A stretch of 64,000 bases of DNA, taken from assembly GCA_963762145.1 (NCBI GenBank), contig CAVXJS010000016.1, positions 32,001 through 96,000 of the forward strand. Direction: 5' to 3'. Every line of letters begins with the position of its first letter. Position 1 is the first letter of the stretch. This document shows, in pieces, positions 19,573 through 29,574 of the stretch. This stretch comes from an uncultured Candidatus Rokubacteria bacterium. Its GTDB lineage: Bacteria; Methylomirabilota; Methylomirabilia; Rokubacteriales; CSP1-6. The notes under the pieces were generated by a model. It was not told where the DNA came from, searched no databases, and saw only the letters and a list, made by a program, of their open reading frames with translations. The position numbers were made by a program, and so were the translations under genes.

Positions 19573-20112
19573 TCAGCGGGGCTTCACCACCCAGAGGTAC
19601 ACGGGGGTGGTGCGTCCGCTGATGTCCACCCGGAGCATCGAGGTCGGCTCCCAGTCGCCCATGTCGAAGTTGAAGGAGACGACGCGGGTGCCGGGGGCCA
19701 GCTCGCGCTCGAGCTTCGGCCGCAGCCGCAGGTTCACCTCCCGCGTCAGGTAGATCGTGACCACGGTCGCGGCCGAGAGATCCGCCTGGAAGAGATCCTG
19801 CTCGAGGAAGGTCACGCGCGTCTCGACGCCCGCGCGCCGCGCGAGCTCGCGGCTCTGCGCGACGAGCTTCGGATCGATCTCGATGCCGACGCCCCGGGCC
19901 CGGTAGTCCCGCGCCGCCGCGATGACCAGCCGCCCGTCGCCCGAGCCCAGGTCGTAGACCACGTCGGCCGGCCCCACGCGGGCCAGCGCGAGCATCCGGT
20001 CCACCACCTCGGGCGGGGTCACGAGGAAGGGCACGTCGGCGCCCGGATGCGGCGCGCAGGCTCCCGCCAGGAGCAGCAGGCCGAGCAGTCCGGCGCCCGT
20101 GCTACGCTTCAC
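19573..20112 (-). CDS. Class I SAM-dependent methyltransferase with lipoprotein-like signal
   Basis: DVPFLVTP, YDLGSGDGR, GIEID; N-terminal hydrophobic stretch ending LLAGAC. Confidence 0.88.
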   Translation of the reverse strand: MKRSTGAGLLGLLLLAGACAPHPGADVPFLVTPPEVVDRMLALARVGPADVVYDLGSGDGRLVIAAARDYRARGVGIEIDPKLVAQSRELARRAGVETRVTFLEQDLFQADLSAATVVTIYLTREVNLRLRPKLERELAPGTRVVSFNFDMGDWEPTSMLRVDISGRTTPVYLWVVKPR

Positions 20113-20114
20113 GC

Positions 20115-20561
20115 ATGATCTCCGCGGTGGTCTCGTCGCTGCACGTGCTCGCCCTGGCCATCGGGCTCCCCGCGGTGTTCCTGCGGGGCCGCGCGCTCAA
20201 GGGGCCGCTCGACGCCGACGGGGTGCGCCGGCTGCTGGCCGCCGACAACGCCTGGGGCGTGGCGGCGGTGCTCTGGATCGTCACCGGGCTGCTCCGGGCC
20301 TTCGCCGGGCTCGAGAAGGGCACCGAGTTCTATCTCCGGTCGCCGCTCTTCTGGACGAAGATGACCTTTTTCCTGCTGATCCTCGCGCTCGAGGTCCGGC
20401 CGATGATGACCTTCATCCGCTGGCGGATGCAGCTCGGACGCGGGCTCCCGGTGGACACGGCGGCGTCGCGGGGCCTCTACACCGTGAACCACATCGAGCT
20501 GGCGCTCGTGGTGGTGATGGTGTTCGTGGCCTCCATGATGGCCCGCGGGATCGGCTTCTAG
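20115..20561 (+). CDS. DUF2214-family membrane protein
   Basis: 4 TM segments; DNAWG, TGLLR, EKGTEFY, MARGIG C-terminus. Confidence 0.85.
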   Translation: MISAVVSSLHVLALAIGLPAVFLRGRALKGPLDADGVRRLLAADNAWGVAAVLWIVTGLLRAFAGLEKGTEFYLRSPLFWTKMTFFLLILALEVRPMMTFIRWRMQLGRGLPVDTAASRGLYTVNHIELALVVVMVFVASMMARGIGF

Positions 20562-21229
20562 CCGAGATAGCCGTGCGCGCGCAGGGTGTTCTCCACCCGC
20601 GCGCGGTGCTTGCGCTCCCACTCCGGCAGGCTCTGCGCCGCGGTCTCGGCCGCCCGGGCCCGCGCGTTCCGGAGCACCGTCTCCGCCCGGGCCCGCGGCA
20701 CCACCACGATGCCGTTGTCGTCGGCGACCAGCACGTCCCCCGGGTTGACCCGGACCCCGCCGCACGTGATGGATCCGCCGATCTCGCCGGGGCCTTCCTG
20801 ACGTCCCGGGATGGGCGAGACCCCGCGCGCGAAGACCGGGAAGCCCCGGCCGCGCGATTCCGCCACGTCGCGGACCACGCCGTCCACCACGAGGCCGGCC
20901 ACGCCGCGGCGCTGGGCCACCGCGCAGACGTTGCCGCCCGCCACCGCCATCCGATCGTCCCCCGCCTGGACCACGATGACGTCGCCCGGCTCCGCGTGAT
21001 AGATCGCGGTGTGGAGCATCAGGTTGTCGTACTTGACGGTGCGCACCGTGCAGGCCGGGCCCGCGATGCGCGGCATCGGCGCCCACAGGGGCCGGATCAC
21101 GTGGCGCATCACCGAGTCGACGGTGAGGAACTCGGCGAGCGCGGTGGTGGGCAGATCTTGAAGACCGGCGACCACGCGCTTCGGCGGCCGCTCCATCGTG
21201 AGCTTGAGCGAGGCGCTCCTCTTCCTCAT
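20558..21229 (-). CDS. RraA/HMG-aldolase-family protein
   Basis: IAGPACTV, DNL, PGDVIVV, VDGVVRD, PGDVLVADDNG. Confidence 0.92.
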   Translation of the reverse strand: MRKRSASLKLTMERPPKRVVAGLQDLPTTALAEFLTVDSVMRHVIRPLWAPMPRIAGPACTVRTVKYDNLMLHTAIYHAEPGDVIVVQAGDDRMAVAGGNVCAVAQRRGVAGLVVDGVVRDVAESRGRGFPVFARGVSPIPGRQEGPGEIGGSITCGGVRVNPGDVLVADDNGIVVVPRARAETVLRNARARAAETAAQSLPEWERKHRARVENTLRAHGYLG

Positions 21230-21233
21230 GGCC

Positions 21234-22067
21234 TCACTCCGAGAGCTTGAGCAGGAGGCCGGTCCGCCGGGATCGAGTGACCGCGGCGGCGAGCGCCCAG
21301 TGGGCGAGGACGGCGTAGAGGAGCGAGAGCGCGAAGCCGGTGGCGAAGGGATGGGCGAACTGGGGCGGGAAGCCGTACCCGACGCGGATGCCGTCGAGGA
21401 AGTAGGTCAGCGGGATCGCGGCGGAGATCGTCTGGACCCAGCCCGGTAGCACCGAGACCGGATAGTAGATGCCGCCCAGCATCACGAAGAAGTTCACCGC
21501 CGCCCACGCGGACGTCTCGGCGCGGGTGCCGAAGAGCAGCACGAGCGCGCAGACCAGGAGCCCGATCACGAGCGCGGTGAGGAAGCAGCCGAGGAGGAAG
21601 AGCGCGACCCGGAGAGGGCCGGGCCCGAGGAAGTCGAAGCCGAACGCGCGGCCCCCGATCAGCGCCATCAGGGCCCACACGATCACGCCTCGCCCCACCC
21701 CGACGATCCAGGAGCCGAGCGCCAGGTGGTGGATGCGCACCGGGGTGAGGAACTGGTGCTTCATGGACTTCGACCAGATGTCGAAGAGGACCGCGTAGGC
21801 GACGTCGAGCTGGCACACCTGGACCGCGGAGAGGGCGACGGTGCCGACCAGGATGAACGCGGTCATCTCGGGCGTCAGGTCCAGGAAGCGCGTGAGGAGG
21901 CCGTGCGAGAGCATGGCCACCCCCGGCCAGAACGTGAGCTCGAAGACGAAGAACACGTTCCGCCGGGCCATGATCAGGTTGCGGTAGGCGAAGGCGGTGA
22001 GCCGCGCCCACTCGGCGGCCCAGGACTCGGCCGCGCCCGCGGCCAGGCCCTCAGCGCGAGAGCTCAA
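21234..22067 (-). CDS. ABC-2 type exporter permease
   Basis: 6 TM segments, GIYYPVSVLPGW, PLTY motif; downstream of the ATPase. Confidence 0.9.
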   Translation of the reverse strand: MSSRAEGLAAGAAESWAAEWARLTAFAYRNLIMARRNVFFVFELTFWPGVAMLSHGLLTRFLDLTPEMTAFILVGTVALSAVQVCQLDVAYAVLFDIWSKSMKHQFLTPVRIHHLALGSWIVGVGRGVIVWALMALIGGRAFGFDFLGPGPLRVALFLLGCFLTALVIGLLVCALVLLFGTRAETSAWAAVNFFVMLGGIYYPVSVLPGWVQTISAAIPLTYFLDGIRVGYGFPPQFAHPFATGFALSLLYAVLAHWALAAAVTRSRRTGLLLKLSE

Positions 22068-23000
22068 CGAAGACCTCCTCGAGCTCGGGCTCGCGCACCT
22101 GGCAATCGCGGATGAGCACGCCGCGGTCGCAGAGCCACTTCAGGATGTCGGGCAGCCGCTTCTCCGAGGAGTCGACCGTGCAGTGGATCCGGTCCTCACG
22201 CCGCTGCACCGCCAGCACCCCCGGCAGGCTCGGCGAGGCCGTCGGGGACCGCGGGCTCGAGCCGGAGCGCGATCACGTCCCCGATGCGGATCTGCCGCTT
22301 GAGCTCGTCGGCCGAGCCCTCGGCGAGAATGCGCCCGCCCTTGATGAAGGCGATGCGGTCGCAGAGCTCCTCGGCTTCCCGCATGTAGTGGGTGGTCAGG
22401 ATGATGGTGGTGTTCCGCTCCCGGCGCAGCTCCGCGATCTGGGCCCGGATGCGGATCGACACGTCCGGATCGAGGCCGAGGGTCGGCTCGTCGAGGAAGA
22501 GGACCTCCGGATCGTTGAGGAGCGCCTTGGCGAGGGCGAGGCGCTGCTTGAGCCCGGTGGAGAGCTCGTTGTACTCGGTCTTGAGGTGCGACGTCAGCTC
22601 GAAGCGCTCGATCAGCTCGCTCGACGCGGTGCCGGAGCGCGCGCCCGTGGAGGCCGTAGAGCCGTCCGTAGAAGGCGAGCACCTCGGCCGGCCGCAGGCT
22701 CCACACGAACGACGCGTTGCCGCTCGCCATGTTGAGGCGCCGGCGGATCGCGAAGGCCTCGCGGACGACGTCGTGCCCCAGGATCGTGGCGGAGCCGCTG
22801 TCCGGTAGCAGCAGCGTCGCCAGGATGGAGAGCAGCGTGGTCTTGCCGGCCCCGTTGGGGCCCAGCAGGCCGTAGATGGCGCCGCGCGGGACCTGGAGGC
22901 TCGCGCCGCGCAGGGCGGCCGTCTCCCGGCGGCGGAACCATCCGCTGCGGAAGGTCTTGGTCAGATCACGCGCTTCGACGGCGAAGGACGACCCGGGCAT
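22051..23000 (-). CDS. ABC exporter ATP-binding protein; indels at ~22630 and ~22230
   Basis: GPNGAGKTT, LSTG, FLDEPT, LTTHYM, C-terminal EPELEEVF. Confidence 0.9.
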
Positions 23001-23103
23001 GGCCCGCTCATCGTACCACCGCGACGTTTGCCGACGCGCGGTCGATCTGGTAGAACCTCCCCGTGAAGCCGACGGGAGTGGCCCATGGCCCGGTGGTGGG
23101 CCG

Positions 23104-23520
23104 GTGACCTCAGACCACGAGCGGGCCGAGGTCGAGGAAGCGAACGCGCGGTTCTACCGCGTGTTCGAGACGCTGGATCTCCAGCAGATGGACGAGATCT
23201 GGGCGCACGAGGAGCACGTGCGCTGCGTGCATCCCGGCTGGTGCATGCTCGCGGGCTGGGCCGCGGTGCGGCACTCCTGGGAGGTCATCTTCAAGAACAG
23301 TCAGGAGATGCGCTTCAGTATCACCGACGTCCACGCGCACGTGGAGGGCGCCTTCGGCTGGGTGACCTGCACCGAGAACATCCTCTCCGAGTCGCGCGGC
23401 AACATCTCGGTCACCTCGGTCCTGGCTACCAACATCTTCGAGCGAATCGGCGGAGAGTGGCTCGTCATCCACCACCACGCCTCCCACATCCTGGCCGGGG
23501 ATCCGTCGGCGAACGCGTGA
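23104..23520 (+). CDS. SnoaL/NTF2-like protein
   Basis: ANARFY, CVHPGW, ATNIF, WLVIHHHAS. Confidence 0.9.
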   Translation: MTSDHERAEVEEANARFYRVFETLDLQQMDEIWAHEEHVRCVHPGWCMLAGWAAVRHSWEVIFKNSQEMRFSITDVHAHVEGAFGWVTCTENILSESRGNISVTSVLATNIFERIGGEWLVIHHHASHILAGDPSANA

Positions 23521-23540
23521 CCGCGCGGGAAGGAGAACGC

Positions 23541-23891
23541 ATGGACTCCATGGCCAAGGACTCCCTGAAGGACGCGAGCCATCTCTACGAGGTCGAGCGC
23601 CGCGCGCGCCACGCCGAGCGGCCCGGGTTCCGGATCACCGAGCTCCAGATCGGTCCCCGGCAGCAGGTGCCGTGGCACTACCACACGAGCATCCGGGACA
23701 CGTTCTACGTCCTGCAAGGGCACCTGCGCCTCTTCCTGCGCGATCCGAAGGAGGAGGTCCGGCTCGAGCCCGGCGAGTCCTACGCGGTGCGGGCCGGGCG
23801 CCCGCACCTGGTCACCAACGGCGGCGAGGCGTCCGCGGTCTTCCTCGTCCTGCAGGGAGTCGGCGAGTACGACTATGTCCCGCTGACCTGA
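23541..23891 (+). CDS. Cupin-domain protein
   Basis: PWHYH..DTFYVLQG, PGE, PHLVTN; AGGAG SD. Confidence 0.88.
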   Translation: MDSMAKDSLKDASHLYEVERRARHAERPGFRITELQIGPRQQVPWHYHTSIRDTFYVLQGHLRLFLRDPKEEVRLEPGESYAVRAGRPHLVTNGGEASAVFLVLQGVGEYDYVPLT

Positions 23892-23946
23892 CACGGAGCG
23901 GTGGTGCCCCTGACCGGACGCGGGGCGGGCGTACCCGCCGCCCCGG

Positions 23947-25516
23947 TTAGAGCCGGCGCAGGAGCAGGTGCGGGCCGCCCTGGGCCGCCACCGCGTAGCG
24001 CCGCTCGACCCCTCCCACCGCGATGGTCACGCTGCTCCCGTCCCGCGTCAGCGTCACGCCGGGCAGGTTCCGCCACGGATAGCTGTCGAGATTCACGAGG
24101 ACGTAGTCGCTCTTCTCGATGCCGACCGGAAACACGAAGACGAGCGGCCGTAGGCTGAGATGCGGCACGTAGGGATCCTGGGCCGAGACCGCGGCGGCGG
24201 GAGGAACCCGTGCCAGCACCTGGTAGGCCGCGCGCGCTTCCGGGACGGGCCAGAAACGGGCGATCGCGAGGTTGTTCACGCTGCGCGAGGCGAGCGCGAG
24301 GCTCGCCACCATCGCCACCACCAGCACCGCTACCGGCCAGGCCCCCGCCCGGCGCTTCGCGAGGCGCGCGTAGCCGCCGATCGCGGCCAGGATCACGAAG
24401 GGCAGGACGAAGGACTGGTACTGGGTCCGGAAGCCGTAGAGCACCGGGTCCTGGCCGAGAAGGTTCTGGGCCAGCGCGGGAAGCACGCCGAGCAGATCCC
24501 AGCCGCCCAGGAGCGGCAGGAAGGCGAGCGGGGCCAGCATCGCGGCGATGTACACCGCGCGGTCGACGGTGAGCAGCGTCGCGAGCGGGCGCAGCGGATG
24601 CAGGATCGCGTTCAGCGATGATCTCGGGCAGCGAGCCGCCGAGGTGGGTGTAGCGCGCGAGATGCGAGTAGGACTCCCCGCGATAGGCCGGGATGATCCA
24701 GCGCACGTCCACTGCGAGCACAACCAGCGCGGCGACGGCGGTGAGCGTGCCGGTGAGGCGGAGCCGGTGCCTCACGGCCATCCACGCGCCGAGCCCCATG
24801 ACCGGGAGCGCGGCGTCTTCCCGGCAGAGGAGCGTGAGCGCGGCGGGCAGGAGCGCCAGCCGCGGCCGGCCCGCCTCCACCGCCCAGAAGGCGGCCAGGA
24901 GGAGCGGGATCGCGAGCGCGGCCGCGTGAAAGTCGCGCACGTTGATCCCGTGGAGCGACGGGTTGGCCAGGTAGAGCAGCGCGAATGCGGCGGCGGGGCG
25001 CTCGTCGCCGAGCCGCGCCCGGGCCAGGCCGAACACCGCGACGCCGCCCAGCGCCAGGGCGACCGACTGCGCCACGAGCAGGACCACCGGGCCCGGTACC
25101 AGCCAGTAGGCGGGCACGAGGAGATACATGATCGGCGAGAGGTGGTCGCCCCAGGCGTGCATCTCGGGCAGGCTCACGTACGGGCCCGCTCCCCGGGCCA
25201 GGTTCCAGACGAGCTGGACGTAGTAGCCGAGATCGAGCGCGTGGGTCGCGAAGGTCAGGTGGCGGGTGACCGTGATGAACGAGAACACGAGCGCGTAGGC
25301 CGCCACCCCGACCAGGACGGCCCGGCGAGGCCGCACCGCGGGCAGCGGGCGCGGCGCCAGCCACACCCGCACGGCCACGAGTCCCAGGAGCAGGAGGAAG
25401 AAGTGCTCGGGCCGCCAGGGCCAGTGCTCGCGCCGCCCCGTCCAGAATACGAGCGTCAGACCCAGCCCGGTCGCGGTCAGGACGGCCGCGCCGTCGAGCA
25501 GCCGGGCGACGGTCAC
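23947..25516 (-). CDS. DUF2079-family polytopic membrane protein (putative GT-C fold); indel at ~24615
   Basis: DLGYYVQLVWN, GDHLSP, DFH, LCREDA; many TM segments. Confidence 0.82.
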
Positions 25517-26331
25517 CGGGGGTCGGCCGGAGGGGACGAGCCGGCCCGCCCGAGGCGACTGTAGCGACCGGCGATGGAGCCGAGCCGGCGGGAGCGCTTG
25601 AGCCCGGTCCGGTGGAGCAGGTAGCGCGCGACCACCCAGAGGATCTTGAAGCCGTAGACGCAGGACGCGCCGAAGCTCGCCGAGGAGGCCTCGGGAAAAT
25701 ACCGGACCGGCACCGGGATCTCCGCGATGCGGAACCCGGTGGCCACCACCTGGGCGACGATCTCCTGGTCGAAGACGAAGCCGTCCGAGTTCATGCGGAA
25801 GTTGACCGCGTCGAGCGCGTCCCGGCTGAACGCGCGGTACCCGGTGTGATACTCCGACAGCCGGAGTCCGAAGGCCACGTTCTCCACCCCGGTCAGGAAC
25901 CGGTTGGCCACGTACTTCCACCACGGCATCCCCTGCTCGATCGCCGAGCCGCCGCCCGCGAGCCGGGAGCCCAGGACCAGGTCGGCGTCCCCCTGCTCGA
26001 TGGGCGCGATGATCTTGGGTACCAGGGTGGGATCGTACTGATAGTCGGGGTGGACCATCACCACGATGTCGGCGCCCGCCTTGAGGGCCTCGGTGTAACA
26101 GGTCTTCTGGTTGGCGCCGTAGCCGTAGTTGCGGTCGTGCACGAAGATCTCGAGCCCGAGCTCGCGCGCGACCTCCAGGGTGGCGTCGGTCGAGCCGTCG
26201 TCCACCAGGATGACCAGGTTGACGGTGTCCTTGGGCAATTCCTCGTAGGTCATGCGAAGCGTCCGGCCCGCGTTGTACGCGGGCATCACCACCACGACCT
26301 TCGGAGCGCCCTTCGAGGACGGCCCGGGCAT
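25513..26331 (-). CDS. Glycosyltransferase family 2 (polyprenyl-phosphate sugar synthase-like)
   Basis: VVMPAYN, VDDGSTD, NYGYG, HPDYQY, VLGSR, TGYRAF. Confidence 0.94.
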   Translation of the reverse strand: MPGPSSKGAPKVVVVMPAYNAGRTLRMTYEELPKDTVNLVILVDDGSTDATLEVARELGLEIFVHDRNYGYGANQKTCYTEALKAGADIVVMVHPDYQYDPTLVPKIIAPIEQGDADLVLGSRLAGGGSAIEQGMPWWKYVANRFLTGVENVAFGLRLSEYHTGYRAFSRDALDAVNFRMNSDGFVFDQEIVAQVVATGFRIAEIPVPVRYFPEASSASFGASCVYGFKILWVVARYLLHRTGLKRSRRLGSIAGRYSRLGRAGSSPPADPR

Positions 26332-27006
26332 CTAGCCGCTCCCCGCGCGGCAGATCGCGACGAACTGGTAGGCGAGCCCGCCCGGCCAGCCCCGCGCGGC
26401 CCCCGCGCTGAGCGCGTGCACGCCCGAGAGCAGGCGCCCGTGCCAGCGCGGCGGCACCACGAGCGGGAGCGGCACCGGCGTGACCGCGAGCTCGTCCACG
26501 CGGAGCCCCGCCGAGCGCAGGAGGTCGAGGAAGGTCCTCCGCGTGAAGAAGCGGAGGTGGGTGCGGTCCAGGATGCCGCGGTCCGCGTAGTCGAAGCGGC
26601 CGGCGAGGAGGGACAGACGCACCCAGAGGTGCGCCACGTTGGGCACCGAGACGATCACGGTGCCCCCGGGCGCGAGGGTCTCGTCGAGCGCCCGCAGCAC
26701 CGCGGCCGGATCGCTGACGTGCTCGAGCACGTCGCCGTAGACGATCGCCTCGAAGGGACCGTGCAGGAGCGGCGGCGCCGACTCCAGGTCGGCTACCACG
26801 ACTTCCTTGCACCGCCCGTGCGCCCGCGCGGCCAGCTCCGGGTCACGCTCGAGCGCGGTCACGCTCCAGCCCTGGGCGGTGAGACGCTCCGCGAGGAAGC
26901 CGTCGGCCGCGCCCACGTCGAGCGCTCGGCGTCCACGGCCCTCGCCGAGTCGCGCCAGGATGACGGAGTGGCTCGAGTGCGGGTCGTTCTTCAGGCGGTA
27001 GGTCAT
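26332..27006 (-). CDS. Class I SAM-dependent methyltransferase
   Basis: LDVGAADG, GDVLEH, SVPN, GILDRTHLRFFT. Confidence 0.92.
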   Translation of the reverse strand: MTYRLKNDPHSSHSVILARLGEGRGRRALDVGAADGFLAERLTAQGWSVTALERDPELAARAHGRCKEVVVADLESAPPLLHGPFEAIVYGDVLEHVSDPAAVLRALDETLAPGGTVIVSVPNVAHLWVRLSLLAGRFDYADRGILDRTHLRFFTRRTFLDLLRSAGLRVDELAVTPVPLPLVVPPRWHGRLLSGVHALSAGAARGWPGGLAYQFVAICRAGSG

Positions 27007-27106
27007 GTCTGGGGCGCCATTCCCCCTTCTTCGGAGCTAGGATAGCACCGGCGATGCTCACGGCCGGTTGGAATAGAGCCGTCGCCCGACGAGGGCGCGT
27101 CGGGCG

Positions 27107-27844
27107 CTACCGGTCGACCCGGACCACCGCGTCCAGGGGAAGGTGGCCCAGGAAGTCGGTGACCGCGTCGTCGAGATAGCCGCGGTCCTTGGACTCCAGC
27201 GTGACCTTCACCTTGTACTCCGGGTTGGAGAACTCGGGATACGAGCCCAGGAGCAGATCCGGATGGCCGGCGAGCAGCGCGTTGAGGTGATCGGCGAGCG
27301 TGCCCTCCCCCATGCTCACGTAGACGCAGCAGAGATGGAACGGGGTGTCGCGGAAGCGCTCCTTGAGCGCGTCGAACTTCTGGCGGAAGATCTCGGGCAC
27401 ACCGGGCAGGATGTAGATGTTCCGCACCACCACCGCGGGGAACACGAGCTCGCCGTCCGCGGTCAGCTCCGCGCCCTCCGGCACTTCCGCCATCTTGAGC
27501 CGGGCCTCGTTGAGCTGGCCCCGGCCCTTGAAATAGGCCTCGAGCACACGGACCAGCCGCGGCTCGCGCACCACCCGGACCCCGAGGGCCCGCGCGACGC
27601 CCTCGATCGTGACGTCGTCGTGGGTGGGGCCGACCCCGCCCGAGGTGAACACCACGTCGTAGGCCGAGCTGAAGGCGCGCACCTCGGCCGCGATGAGGTC
27701 CACCTCGTCGGGGATGACGGTGATGCGGCGGACCTCCACGCCGAGCGCCCGCAGCTCGCGGCAGAGGTAGGCGGCGTTGGCGTCGGTGATCTTGCCCGAG
27801 AGGATCTCGTTGCCGATCAACAGGATGCCGGCCGTTTTCGCCAT
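27107..27844 (-). CDS. CinA N-terminal-like (COG1058) molybdopterin-binding-fold protein
   Basis: IGNEILSG, DAN, TSGGVGPTHDDVT, LPGVP; no C-terminal CinA deamidase domain. Confidence 0.9.
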   Translation of the reverse strand: MAKTAGILLIGNEILSGKITDANAAYLCRELRALGVEVRRITVIPDEVDLIAAEVRAFSSAYDVVFTSGGVGPTHDDVTIEGVARALGVRVVREPRLVRVLEAYFKGRGQLNEARLKMAEVPEGAELTADGELVFPAVVVRNIYILPGVPEIFRQKFDALKERFRDTPFHLCCVYVSMGEGTLADHLNALLAGHPDLLLGSYPEFSNPEYKVKVTLESKDRGYLDDAVTDFLGHLPLDAVVRVDR

Positions 27845-27930
27845 GGGCGAGCCACATCGTAGCATGTGGGGAGTTCTGATAGAATGGGTCGCGCTCCGAC
27901 GGGCGACTCTCCCTCGCATAGAGGAATGCC

Positions 27931-28749
27931 ATGACCACCGACGCCTCTCCGATCACGCTGCGTGGCTGGGCTCTGATCCTGGGCGCCTCCTCCGGCTTCG
28001 GCGCCGCCACGAGCCTGGCGCTCGCGCGCGCGGGGCTCGACGTGTTCGGCGTCCATCTCGATCGCAAGTCCACCTTGCCCAACGTCGAGCGCCTGGCCGC
28101 CGAGATCAAGAGCCTCGGGCGCGAGGCCCGCTTCTTCAACGTCAATGCGGCCGACGAGGAGAAGCGCGCGGAGGTCGCGACCGAGATGGAGCGGGTGCTC
28201 CGCGAGCGCGACCAGATGGGCCAGGTGCGGGTCATGCTGCACTCCCTCGCCTTCGGCACCCTCAAGCTCTTCGTGGCCGACCCGATCAAGGAGGCGGTGA
28301 CCAAGGCCCAGATGGACATGACGCTCGACGTGATGGCCCACAGCCTCATCTACTGGGCGCAGGAGCTGGTCGGGCGCGGCCTCATGGGCCGCGGGGGCCG
28401 CATCTACGCGATGACCTCGTCGGGCGGGGCGCGCGTGCTGCCCTACTACGGGCCGGTCTCGGCGGCCAAGGCCGCGCTGGAGTCGAACATCCGTCAGCTC
28501 GCGGCCGAGCTGGCTCCCCACGGCGTCACCGCCAACTCGATCCGCGCCGGGGTGACCGCGACCCCCGCGGCCCAGAAGATCCCCAACTACGAGGAGTTCT
28601 CCCAGCAGGCCGCGCGGCGCAATCCGCATCGCCGGCTCACCACCACCGACGACGTGGCCCGCGCCATCGTGGTGCTGAGTCATCCCGACACGCACTGGAT
28701 CACCGGCAACGTGATCGGGGTCGACGGCGGCGAAGAGATCGTGGGCTGA
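27931..28749 (+). CDS. SDR, enoyl-ACP reductase FabL-like
   Basis: LGASSGFG, Y-x6-K (YGPVSAAK), [11 protein letters not shown]. Confidence 0.8.
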   Translation: MTTDASPITLRGWALILGASSGFGAATSLALARAGLDVFGVHLDRKSTLPNVERLAAEIKSLGREARFFNVNAADEEKRAEVATEMERVLRERDQMGQVRVMLHSLAFGTLKLFVADPIKEAVTKAQMDMTLDVMAHSLIYWAQELVGRGLMGRGGRIYAMTSSGGARVLPYYGPVSAAKAALESNIRQLAAELAPHGVTANSIRAGVTATPAAQKIPNYEEFSQQAARRNPHRRLTTTDDVARAIVVLSHPDTHWITGNVIGVDGGEEIVG

Positions 28750-28756
28750 CCGGCCG

Positions 28757-29546
28757 GTGCCTGCATGGCTGGCCGTCACCATCCTGGGGATCATCGAGGG
28801 CGTGACCGAATTCCTGCCCATCTCCTCGACCGGGCACCTGCTCCTGGTCGAGAACGCGGGCTGGCTTCCGCGCCAGTCCGATCTCTTCAACATCACGATC
28901 CAGTCCGGCGCGGCCCTCGCGGTGCTGCTGGCCTTCGGCGGACGCCTGCGCGACTTGCTGGGGCGATGGGACGAGCCGGCGGCGCGCGGCGTATCTCCTG
29001 AAGCTCGCGCTGGCCTTCGTGATCACCGGCGCGGGCGGGCTTGCCCTCAAGCGGCTCGGCTTCGGCCTGCCGAAGGAGACCGCGCCCATCGCCTGGGCCA
29101 CCCTGATCGGCGGGGTCGTGATTCTGGCGGTGGAATGGTCGCTCCGGGCGCGACCGTCCGTCTCCCAGGTGAGCTGGGCGATGGCGGTCGCGGTTGCGAT
29201 GGGGCAGCTGCTCGCCGCGATGTTCCCCGGTACGTCGCGCTCCGCCGCCACCATCCTGCTCATCATGCTGCTGGGGCTGAGTCGGCCCGTCGCGACCGAG
29301 TTCTCGTTCCTGGTCGGCGTGCCCACGCTCCTCTCGGCGGGCGGGCTCGAGATGATGCAGGCTCTCCGTCATTCCACCGGCCCGCCGACGGACTGGGGGC
29401 TCCTGGCGCTGGGCACGCTGGTCTCCGCGGTGACCGCCTTCGGGGCGGTGCGCTGGCTGCTCCGGTGGATCCAGACGCACAGCTTCGTCCCGTTCGGATG
29501 GTACCGGGTGGCGCTCGGTCTCGTCCTGCTGACCCGGCTCGGCTGA
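28757..29546 (+). CDS. uppP: Undecaprenyl-diphosphate phosphatase; indel at ~28990
   Basis: [32 protein letters not shown]. Confidence 0.93.
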
Positions 29547-29574
29547 GCCGGCCCGACTGGAGGTAGTCGACGCG

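Noticed and set aside
27083-27106. Intrinsic terminator after the cinA-like gene
   Set aside because: It has a 9-bp GC stem but no U-tract, so it is too weak to call.
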